Source of the DNA: Owenia fusiformis
Lineage: Eukaryota
Assembly (NCBI GenBank): GCA_903813345.2
Contig: CAIIXF020000001.1
Coordinates: forward strand, 26,040,001 to 26,104,000
DNA length: 64,000 nucleotides
Direction of reading: 5' to 3'
A program made the translations under genes and the position numbers. The notes under the pieces are model-generated. The model saw nothing but the letters and a program-made list of their open reading frames with translations. It was not told where the DNA came from and made no database searches. Shown here piece after piece: positions 27,138 through 38,701 of this stretch (position 1 is its first letter; each line of letters opens with the position of its first letter).

Positions 27138-29921
27138 TAAATTATTTTGATTTCACCATTTTCATTTTCGTACACTGACAAAATAATGTTATATTGAACA
27201 TTTTCTGAAAGAATTGTATATGTGGTATCATTGGTATTTTAGGCAAGAGCCGACTGCCCTACTTATTGCAAGGCCATCTCTTAAAGAACTAGTATAACAT
27301 GAACAGTGGTTTAAAAAAAACAGGTTAATTGGCCTCCATGTCTCTAAGGACATTCATAGATATTTTCTCGATTTGTCTATTGGTATGGATTATTTAAACA
27401 GCTCATAGAATATTGAAATCATTTATTGTCCAGATCCACTCATATTTGATTTTAACACAGATTCAAAATGATATAAAAAACCTACTGGGAGCTGTCATTT
27501 TGAATTAAAGATTCCAAAATGGCATTGTCAGTGTAGAAGAAAACATAAAATCAATCTTAGTTTCTGAATTGTTACAATTTGTGGAATCTACTAAAGTCAT
27601 TACACGTCATTAACGTCCATATGTTTCTCTAAATACACATGTTCTTTAGAGTATAATATCTGGCAATTTCTCCTATGTCTGTAATGCTATAAAGCTGTTT
27701 TAAAGTCATTTTGAATCAAAAATAGGTCAATAACAAGGTGCTGACCGCTATTTCTGGTGGTGACATAATTACTATATAACTGTCTTTTCAAGGTTCTTAA
27801 TTTCATCAGTTAAAATGCAAAATATCACACTTCTGTCCCAGTCCCACTTACCAACATCTACATTGACCTTCCTTCATATCCTATATCCTTACAACTTTAC
27901 TCCCACTGTGTATAACTAATTCACCACCTTAATTACCAACAAGTATGCCCAAATTCAAAAAACAATGTAAAAAACAATGCCAACAAGTATGCCCAAATTC
28001 AAAACACAATGCCAATACCTAATCAAGTAAAAAAAACACTAAACTCCATAAAATACATATCATGAAATCATAGACCAAGTAATGTATATAGCAAGGTATT
28101 GCAAAATAAAAATATTTGGGCATGGCTTTCCTTTAAGTGATCATTAATGGGATTTGTGAACAACTGTGATCTCAAATGGTTAAGGACATTCATTGATGTA
28201 CATGTATACATGGTATGGTAGGATTAACTTTGATAAGCAATTGTAGATCAAATAATGGACGTGTTTAAGGACAACTATCAGGTAAACTGAGAGTTCACCT
28301 ACTTAAAAACAATTTCCCATTTACAAACATTACTTCATATGTCACAATGACAATTGTCAAATAGAAGCTGTATTCAGTTGATTATTATACAAATTATCAC
28401 AATTGAGAGTAATAATTTTTTTCATTTCCACTTGTTAAGTTTGAGAGAACCTCTAGAACTAAAATTACACACCAAATTAAGATCTCCAAATTTAATGTGA
28501 CAATTCATAAGTTCCAGACAAATTCACATTATCTGATAGATTCAATAAAAAAAATTATTGGGAGCAAAATCTAGAAATGGAATTGTAATGAACTTTATTT
28601 TTTAGAAAACAAATATGACTAGAAATAATATGAGCAAAAACTACTCTAAAGTAGAAAGAATTATTTGAAAAGGTAGTTTGAGATCTGATTCTACCTGATT
28701 CAAAACAAACCACGAATAGCAAAATTAAATTCATAAAACCTTTGCCTTCCTTGAGGACATTTATCTTGTTTACTTGATGTTATACTCCTTCTATGTTAAT
28801 TTTTATACTGCACAAACACTCTTTACTTGTAAATAGTGATTATATTTTGGATTATCTGACTTGAGTCAACAGATAGATGGAAATATCAATGATATTTTAA
28901 GTAAAGGTTTCTTTTTAACTACCATTTCTTCCTCACACTACACAGGACCTGTGATTACACAAATTACTACACAGAAAAACAGAAGTAAGTAGAATGTTTT
29001 AAAATAATAATAACAGAATGATGTCTCAGTGTCAACGAACAAATGAACACATGTGTGCAGAATACACTTTTAAGAATTCTACTACAGTCTTAAATCAAAT
29101 TCACTAAATATAGAGTGTGGTTATGAAAGGTTAAGACTTAACTCAAGACTATGTTTGTGTTCATTCTGTTTTTTATAACTATGTTTTAAATCTAAGAAAT
29201 AAAAAAATAAACTTACTTCACTAAGTTCCTGGATTATAATATAGAGTTTGACCTTTTATTGTCTTCTTATGTTATCCTTAATTGGTACATGTATATTCTA
29301 AAATCCTGTAATAGTTTCTGTTGTTGATACCATTTCAATACAATAACTTCCTCTATTTTATAAATAATGTGTTTGTTTGCGCTTATTTTATAACCTTACA
29401 GTTCTGCAAGTTAATTTATTGATAATAAAATAAGAACAGTTCAAGGCCAAATCAAAAGATTGTCTCTAACTCAAAATATGTAGGTACAGTAAACACACAA
29501 CCATACATTGTTATGTGCAGCTTTATGGTAAGTAATTCTAAAATAAAAGAATAAAACACATTGAGAACAATATTGCACCTTTTAATCCTTGCACCTTTTA
29601 GACTTTCAGGAGGGTATATATAATATATATATATATACTGAATTATAGCAATAGTATGATAAGTGTGAAATTTGTAGAAGAGTTAAATCAGTTCTAAAAT
29701 TCATACCACAGTTGGAAATGTGTATAATAGGTTTTAAAAAATCCAAAATGGTCTTTTTAAAATTTACCCAGCATGCAAAAAACTAATCAGTTTTTAGAAT
29801 TTCATAACAAGAAACACTTCTGAAATTTAGAATCAATCCCTTCAATGGTTTGCTTGGATTGCATAGACAAAGATTCTGGCTGGGATAGTGATACAACTGG
29901 CCAGCAAACTGATCACAATAT

Positions 29922-30457
29922 CACTGGTGATCCACTCGATTACGCTGGTTACCGAAACGGTTCCTTTTGGTAACAAAATGTTGGAACGTCGAAGGTACGA
30001 TTTTTCTCTTTTCTTTATTTCACACGTTGTAGGCAGAATTCCCACGACATTTTTTACCACAAACGTGTATGAGTATCATATGTTTAAGAAAATATGCATA
30101 TGTGCGAACAAATAGTTCAGAAGACAACAGAATTGTCGATTTAATTCTTCACTTAAGTTACATAAACGGTTTTTCGAAAAACAGTTAAGATCTGCACTTT
30201 TAACCCAAACCGTTTATATAACTTAAGTGAGGAATTAAATCGACGATTATGTTATCTTTTGAGCTATTTTTTCGCAAACATGAACATATTCTATAACATA
30301 TGATGCTAATACACGATTGTGAGAAAAAAACGTCGTGGAGATTCTTCCACAACGCGTGAAATAAGGAAAAAAGAAAAATCGTACTTTCGACGTTCCGACA
30401 TTTTGTTACCAAAATGAACCGTTTCGGTAACCCGCGTAATCGAGCGGATCACCAGTG
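29922..30457. mobile_element. Fully palindromic (foldback) MITE with CAC...GTG ends and 5-bp TSD (Transib-like)
   Basis: Arms of ~250 bp: cactggtgatccactcgattacgctggttaccgaaacggtt... / ...aaccgtttcggtaacccgcgtaatcgagcggatcaccagtg. Flanked by aatat at 29917-29921 and 30458-30462. Confidence 0.8.
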
Positions 30458-32547
30458 AATATAGCACACAAGATAGATTGTATTATATTGGCAGGTATAC
30501 AATGACATTCTGCAACTCATACTCATGCAATGTTTGAGTTCAAAGTTCAAGGTGTTTTTGACAGTGGCAGCTTGTTGGTAAGTAAAGCCAAAAGTCAACT
30601 ACAGGGAAGCAAATCCGACTGTAAAAACATATCTTCTGTTACAGATAAACTTTAGTGCTGGGTTTTAGGATAAATAATGGCCGAAGGCCTTGCTCCGAGA
30701 CTATTAGTTCTCCTAAGACCCAGTACAAATGGTTTGTCTAACTTAAACCCCACACTTACTCTTATGAAAGGTATTGGCACATGACCCAATTTTAGGAAAA
30801 TTTGATTTCTTTTGTATTGACTATGAGGTAAGTGTGTTGAGAAGTGAGTGGGTGTAATTAGTTCAGCTTCAGTGCGCTGTATGTAGCAGGCCAGGTGCAG
30901 TTCAAAATTTGATTTCTTTTGTGTTTACTATTCAACTATTGAATGAGTGAATAGGTTGTAATAAGTTCAGCTTTAGTGCACTACATGTCACGGTCAATCA
31001 TCTTTAGTGTCACACTGCTTTTGGATAGCTTGCCAAGTTTCAATTCTTTAAAAACAATAGAAAATGAATGAAACAATCTTTGAAATGTGATATCATTTAT
31101 AGAAAAAGAAAAAAATGAAAAAAACTGAATTGAAAAGTGATCTATTTTCCTTTTTATGACCGCCATTTTTGTTTCAGACAATTTTCTAAAATTTCAATGA
31201 TTGTATCATTTAAAACAATTTATTAGGTACATTTTCTGAAAAATTCAAAAGATTCTGTTCAGTGACCTTTACTAAGCGCCTACTTTTAGCTATTTTTCAG
31301 TCACGTGTTTAGAGGGCTGAAAAAGTTATTTCATCATGTTAAGGATAATTCTGACCATGTCCATTGTGATCCTGGTCATGTTAATGACATGTGGAGCTAA
31401 TTAAAATGACTGAGGTCAAAACAGAGCTCTGTTATCTTGGTTCAAAAAATGTTTGAAATCCAGCATGGTTTTGACACTTCCTGTTAAGTACCACGGCACC
31501 TTAAACCCCACTTCCATCAGAAGGTTTACTTACCTCTATCAAACTATATTTGTCAGGATAGCTAAATTGTGTGATAAGCTATAAACACATTCCATTCAGA
31601 AATAAGTGCATAACTGTATAATTATTCAGCAATGTAAACCATAGTCTGGGCTTATTTATTATCTGACATTTTCATGGTTGACATATTTTCAATGATTTTT
31701 TTAAATCAAAACCTGAGAAAATTCAGACAAATAAATTAGCTAGATATTGGGTTAAGGTCAATGTAGACTTACTGCCATTTTGATGCAATATCATCATGGA
31801 GCCAAATGTTACAATTTTCAAATATGGACTTCTTCTTTCCAACATCTTTCAGTTTTGCACAAAGAGTGCGTTAATGTACATGTACCTAGAAAAGGAGTGT
31901 GGAGAATATTTTGTTAGTGTACTCTTTGTGTAAATGTGAAAGATGTAGACCATATATGAAATGAGTTATTAATTCCTGAAAATAACATGTGACTCCAATG
32001 AGGACTGCATAAAAATTCCAAAAGTACAATTAAAGGACAACTGGAATAGCTTTTCTCAACTTGCAGCTACAAAAATGCAGTTTTCTCCATTGTAAGCCCA
32101 ACGTAGAGTTCTTGCGATAGCCATTATAAAATAAATGTTAGATAACTGCTAACGGTCATAGATAACGAATAAAACTAACTGATCAATCAAATTAGCCCCA
32201 ACGTGATTAGTAACGTCATATACAAAATATAGTTTTGGTTTATTCACGGTACCTTAGTGATCACAACGTCACAGCAACCATCGGATTGTTGTGTAAGCAA
32301 ATAACAAAACATTTTGGCATTATGACGTCATGATCTAATGGACCAAAACGGTCCACGTGGGGACCAGTGAGAGATCACGTGGGGGCCAATAACGTCACAA
32401 CCAATTCGAATATTGCTTAAGCAGCTATAACGATCGTTAGAGTGAAATAATTTTCACACTACTGATGAGAAAACATGTCCAAATACATTTATCAAAAAAT
32501 TATATTGATTCCTTTAGGTTAAAAATACCATTTCATATCTGCTTTAA

Positions 32548-32803
32548 GGTTCAGCTGGAAAGTAACATTTTGGTAAAAAATTGCTATACCTGCACATGTT
32601 ATTTTCTGGTACAAAATTAAGTATGAAGGTTTTGTATATTTCCTTGCTTTTTTCAGGAAAGTATCATCACATTGTCTACTTTTTGTAAACCTGGAAACAG
32701 GTCAATGGTAGCTCCTGTGAAATATCAGAATTTCCTGGAGTTCCCATTGACCTAATGTGCAGGTATAGCATTTTTTACCAAAATGTTATTTTCCAGCTGT
32801 ACC
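32548..32803. mobile_element. MITE with ~50-bp TIRs, TTAA-flanked on the left (Kolobok-like)
   Basis: ttaa-ggttcagctggaaagtaacattttggtaaaaaattgctatacctgcacat / atgtgcaggtatagcattttttaccaaaatgttattttccagctgtacc-ttca. Confidence 0.6.
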
Positions 32804-33418
32804 TTCACTTGTTGAAATAAACTGTATAAAAGACTGCACTTAATTGTACACTAAATGCATATAGGAGCTTACATATATATGTAAGTACTTTACATGTATA
32901 ATACAGCATGTACTAAAGATTACAATTTTATGATTAAAAATAACTGTGGGTTAGCTTGACATCTAAAATGGCATAATTGCACGTGAATATCACTCAATGC
33001 GCATGGTCTGCCACTTGGACACCATTCTCATATCATGATCTAACATTGTCTAAACATTGAACTGGACATATGAACTGCTAGCAGCATTTTATGTGTAAAA
33101 TTAAGAAAACTCATTGACCTTCATTACTGATAAAGAAAATATTTGGGTTCACACTACTCCTTGACTCTAAAATCATTTTAGACCAATGACATATGAGGAC
33201 ACCGATACAGCCCTATGAAAGCTGAACAGTGAATTGATCAATGGATCAAACTGCCTCTGACTCTGTGAGCAGGCCCCTCTTCCCAGGCCCCCTATTGCTC
33301 ATATACTGTACTTGTACATAACTATTGATCCAAACTAAATACTGCCAAGTTCACAAGCATATTAAACATTCTATAAAAACCTGCAGGTACAGCAAAAGCA
33401 TCCGGAATTCTGACCAGA

Positions 33419-36400
33419 ATGAGCACCTCCACTGAAGACCACTGTAACTTCTTAAAAGGTAATCAAGACTACATACTACAGTACATGTATTTACTTTTAT
33501 ATATCCTTAATACAGCTGATCAAATGGCTAGTTTAACTTATATACGGCATGCAACTTTCGGCTATTGGCTACAGAATTACCTACTATTTTATGGGCAACT
33601 CATTCAAGTAATGGTATGAACCTGCCACTATTCCATTCATATTTTAATGAGTTGGTCGCAGAAAAATAAGTTAATCCTTTTGCCGACAGCCGAAAGTTGC
33701 TTTCGTGAAATACAAGTTTAGTTTTCATAAATTAACTAACTGACTACTAAGTATTAACAATAGATTAAATTAACACATGGCATATAGTTTAAAAGCTTTC
33801 ACATTGATGCGGGAAGTCAGTTTTAGTTGCTAATTATTTCCAGCCCCTATGTTGATTAAATGGGATGTTGCAGTAACTGATAAACATGTTGCTCATTCTG
33901 CTAGTCTGAAAAAAAAATAGAAAAAAGATAAATCTGAAAAATGATTTTGGTCTGAAGAATATGTGTATAAAACACATGAAATTAGCGCTTTCAGATATCA
34001 TCAGAAAATATTGCTGTTATCACTAATAGCAATAATATAGATATCAAATATATTGCTATTAGCAATAATGTTGATATGATCAGCTGCAGACTCCATACAA
34101 TTATGAGACACATGCAGGCCTGTAGCCAGGGGGGCCAAAAATTCTTTCAAAATCATGCAGTTTTTCACCATTTTGAGCACTTCTCTTAGCCATATTTTGG
34201 CCAAAATTGTCAAAAGTGAACCCCCCCTGGAAATTTTGGAAAACTGAACCCCCCCCCCCCCCCCCCCCCCCCCTTGGCAAATCCTGGGCCTGACATGTAT
34301 CAGTCAATAGAGTAAAGCAAACCAATTCAAGTAAAAATATATGCATCATATAAGTATGTTTTTAGCTGGTAGAGTTTCAACATCCCAAGACCAGCATAGT
34401 CACGGTGGAGGACAAGGACACAGCCACGGTGGAGAACATGGTCACACACATGAAGCAATGGAGAGTCCTGGCACGTACATTGAGCGTGATCAACCTAAGT
34501 ACAGATCTGATTTCAAACAAGTAAGTAAAATACATAATATCAAGTATTTAAGAGATATAATTTGTTGCAAAATACATGAAATAACAAAACATGAAACAAG
34601 TAGGTTAGATTAAAGTTGCAGATCATTTCTGAACAAGTTCCAGATGCCAGAATATAGTCTATTATATGAAATTGTAATAAACCACCATGAAAATAAAAAA
34701 ATTAATACTGATAGAATATAGACCACCCTGAATATATTTGCCAAAAGATGTCACAATATAATCTTAAAACTACAGTACACATTTTAACATGTTTTTATTT
34801 GAAACATCAAACTCAATGAAATGAAATCAATGTGAAATAATGTCAAGGTCACATTCGCTCTGATTTTCAACAACGGCGCACAGCCAATGAGTATCTTTTC
34901 AAAACTAAATGCAATTTTGTGTTGGTACTGAAAGTTTCAGCAAATGTGACCATAGCACCAGGGAAACAGTTCATTGTTCAGTAATTATAATTTCGAGCCT
35001 ACATGCACAAGTTTTACTGTACTACTGTAAGTCAAATCAATACAGAAGTTGAATAAATGAGTACAAATTAAATTAAAACTTAATGAGATAGTAGTAGACA
35101 TTTGCAACTACTATCCATGATCTTTGCACTCCTAATCTGGTCTATTAATATATAACGTAGATGTCTGTGTTATGTTTGTACGTACAACTAATACTGATAA
35201 AAGAAAGTTGTAACACGTTTGTTTAATTTCTGACTCCTTTTTCTATTTTATATTGTACTATAAAAGTTATTAGTCTAGAATGGGTAACAACTTATGGACC
35301 GAAAATGAAGGTGGCCAAAGATAACATCAACCTTTCTTATTTAATTATCTTAATTATAAATGCAGAAAAGTAGATATTTCTCCAGAAGAGTGCATATTTT
35401 ATAAAGAATAATTAAAAAATATTAGAAATTGTACAATGAGGTTGGGATACTGAAAGTATGATATTTGTGAACTTTTGGTTCAGGCTTATGAACAGTCGTC
35501 AGCAAACTGAGTCCTAAGCCAGATATCTAAAACTAGATGTGTAAAAACAATTTAGTTCACCCATGGGCTTTCAACTAGTTGAAAACCCATGGTTCACCAA
35601 ATCATCACTCAATGGTATACATAGTCTATAATGATTACTAATATGACAAAAAATGACAGCCTTTATTTATGAATACATATTGAACACCCTGTATAGCATC
35701 ACATGTGCTTTCATATAGTATGAAAAATTCAACTTCTGTATTTTATTACACTGTTGTATTTCTATTGTTATAGAGGGCATTTACTGTAGGGATAGGTGGT
35801 CCTGTAGGTTCTGGGAAGACAGCTCTGGTCCTGGCCCTCTGCAATCTGCTCAGAGACACACATGGAATATGTGTGGTAACCAATGACATCTTCACAAGGT
35901 AAATTACCATCTGCTCCTGTATGGCTCTACATTTGCTGTCTTTTTCCCCAATTGTATTGGCACTAATTAACAAGACCAATTCCAGCTCAATGGAGTTGTT
36001 GCATATGAGGTCATATGAATAATTATTTAATTGTAAAATGTTACTTTACTCAAAATTTGAATTAAGGAAATTATTACAGGCATGGCCACTAAAAAGGTTT
36101 AAAAGAATAATATCAATATAATAATGTCTTGTGTGTTACTGTAGGGAGGACTGGGAGTTTCTCACCAGACACAAAGCTCTACCAGATGGTAGAATGAGGG
36201 CTGTGGAGACTGGTGGATGCCCTCATGCTGCTATTAGAGAGGTAGGAATATAGGAAACGCCCTCATGCTGCTATTAGAGAGGTAAGAATATAGGAAATGC
36301 CCTCATGCTGCTATAAGAGAGGTAATCATGTGGGACATACCCTCATGCTGTTATAAGGGAGCTAAAAATGTAAGTGATGCCCTCAAGCTACAATAAGAGA

Positions 36401-38544
36401 GGTAAGAATGTGGAAAATGCCCATCCATTGCCATAAGAGAGGTAAAAATGTGGGAGATGCACTCTTGCTGCTATAAGACAGGTAAATATTTGTAAGATAC
36501 CTTCCTGCCACAATGCAGGAGGTGAGATTGTGAAAGATGCCCTCATGTTGCCTCAAGAAAGGTAAACATTTGGGAGATGCCCTAATTCTGTTATAAGAGA
36601 GATAAAGATATGTGAAATCCCCTCAGGCTGCTATTAGAGAATGTGGGAGATACCCTCATGTTGCTATAAGAGAGGTAAGAATGTGGGAGATGCCCTCATG
36701 CTGCTATGAGAGAGGTAAGAATGTAGGAGATGCCCTCATGCTGCTATTAGAGGTAAGAATGTGGGAGATGCCCTCATGCTGCTATTAGAGGTAAGAATGT
36801 GGGAGATGCCCTAATACTGCTACAAGAGAGATAAAGTTATGTAGGATTCCCTCATGCTGCTATAAGAAAGGTAAGAAAGTGGGATATGCCCTCATACTGT
36901 TATAAGAAAGATGAGAAAGTGGGATATGCCCTCATACTACCACATACCACTATAGATTGAAACAACTACCACATACCACTCTAGATTGAAACATCTACCA
37001 TCTTTTCTTTACATTTCTTTACAACTCCAGCTAAAACATTTAAAATATTATTGCAAACATTTTTAGGATTACTCACTTAACATGGAGGAAGTGAAAGAGT
37101 TAACAAGACAACACCATCCTGAGATGGTTTTTATAGAATCTGGAGGGGACAACTTAGCTGCTAATTTCAGTCGAGAGTTAGCTGACTACATCATATATGT
37201 CATAGATGTCGCAGGTATGTGTCATTTTAAATCATTATGAATAACAAAGCTCAAAGGACAATTTTATGAACTCAGAAAGAATACTGTAATGCATGTTGCA
37301 ATTATATTAAATGAGCCAGGCCACAGGAAAAGGGGTCTTATCCTATGGCCAGGCTCAAATATATACATTTAACAACAACAATGATAAAATACAAAGGCAA
37401 CAATGGACAAACAAAACAACATAATCCAAATAGAAGTTTCTATTATTTCTTGCATGAATCAGATTTAAAACTAAAAGAAATACATCATTGTAACTTTATT
37501 CATGCCATCTATGTGTATTTTGATTAGGAGGTGACAAGATTCCAAGGAAAGGAGGGCCAGGAATTACACAGAGTGACCTCCTAATAGTCAATAAGACTGA
37601 CCTGGCTGAGGCAGTTGGAGCAGACCTTCAGGTAATCTATTACCTGACCCATATCTGTAATCTATTACCTGACCCATATTGGTAATCTATTACCTGACCC
37701 ATACTGGTAATCTATTACCTGAGCCATACTGGTAATCTATTACCTGACCCATACTGGTAATCTATTACCTGACCCATACTGGTAATCTATTACCTGACCC
37801 ATACTGGTAATCTATTACCTGACCCATACTGGTAATCTATTACCTGACCCATACTGGTAATCTATTACCTGAGCCATACTGGTAATCTATTACCTGACCC
37901 ATACTGGTAATCTATTACCTGACCCATACTGGTAATCTATTACCTGACCCATACTGGTAACCTATTACCTAACCCATACAGGTAATCTATTACCTGACCC
38001 ATATTGGTAATCGATTACCTGACCCATACTGGTAATCTATTACCTAACCTATACAGGTAATCTATTACCTGTCCCATATTGGTAATCTATTACCTGACCC
38101 ATACTGGTAATCTATTACCTAACCCATACAGGTAATCTATTACCTGACCCATACTGGTAATCTATTACATGATCCATACTGGTAATCTATTACATGATCC
38201 ATACTGGTAATATATTACCCGATCCATATGGGAAATCTTTATCTGACCCATACAGTATACCAATCCCAAAGCAAAAAAATGAAGTATTATATACAGAGTG
38301 TGATACAAAAAATGTACACAATTTGTCACTCCCAAGTTGCGACTTAAATACTCTTTTAGAATGCATAATCTAAACTTTTTTCAGGTCTTGATTATTTTGT
38401 ATGTTAATTTTGCAGGTTATGAGACGAGATGCTGATATGATGCGACAGAGTGGACCTACCCTGTTCACCCAGGCAAGACACAATGTGGGCATACAGGATG
38501 TGGCAGACCATATCCTCAAGTCATATAAACAAGCACTTAGTTAA
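33419..38544 (+). CDS. ureG: Urease accessory GTPase UreG with His-rich N-terminus, ~265 aa, 7 coding exons
   Basis: Exons: 33419-33458, 34366-34520, 35774-35898, 36145-36241, 37067-37214, 37528-37631, 38416-38544 (798 nt, phase-consistent). Motifs: [20 protein letters not shown]-loop [47 protein letters not shown]. The first coding exon is the least certain. Confidence 0.95.
33535..33718. mobile_element. Palindromic MITE related to 53494-53676, in ureG intron
   Basis: gcaactttcggct / agccgaaagttgc arms and the same internal core as 53494-53676. Confidence 0.6.
34116..34291. mobile_element. Short CAGGCC...GGCCTG element with poly-C tract; partial copy at ~63260-63330
   Basis: caggcctgtagccagg / cctgggcctg ends, flanked by acatg on both sides. 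Shares ggccaaaaa...ctttcaaaatcatg...tttttcaccatt with 63280-63320. Confidence 0.5.
36216..36938. repeat. 40-bp minisatellite (~18 copies) containing the ureG exon 4 donor
   Basis: Unit gccctcatgctgctataagagaggtaagaatgtgggagat. The first copy is the real exon end at 36241. Confidence 0.95.
37631..38252. repeat. 25-bp minisatellite (~25 copies) starting at the ureG exon 6 donor
   Basis: Unit ggtaatctattacctgacccatact. The first copy begins at the exon's last base (37631). Confidence 0.95.
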
Positions 38545-38695
38545 CTTTAGAACTCAATGCTGTAGTTATAAAGTGATCCAGTGAGATGAAGTGACTAAAT
38601 GATATTGAATAGCAGACAAAGGCATTGATGACTGTGAAAGAATGGGAAAATCTATGGTGTCATTCTAGAAACTGTACTTGTCTTGACATAGTGAT

Positions 38696-38701
38696 AATAA
38701 A
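38696..38701 (+). terminator. Candidate ureG polyadenylation signal
   Basis: AATAAA about 150 nt after the ureG stop codon. Confidence 0.4.

Noticed and set aside
25075-33418. Hidden ureD, ureF or nickel transporter exons between urease and ureG
   Set aside because: No exon-like segment with recognisable similarity was found by eye. Small divergent exons cannot be fully excluded without tBLASTn.
34101-34349. Minus-strand ORF with a signal-peptide-like start and poly-Gly
   Set aside because: It is antisense within a ureG intron, and the poly-Gly comes from the poly-C tract of a short repeat also present near 63260.
10893-38544. Bacterial contamination or recent horizontal transfer of urease genes
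   Set aside because: There are 26 canonical spliceosomal introns within the two CDSs, a fused single-chain urease, a His-rich eukaryote-type UreG and host-type repeats inside the introns.
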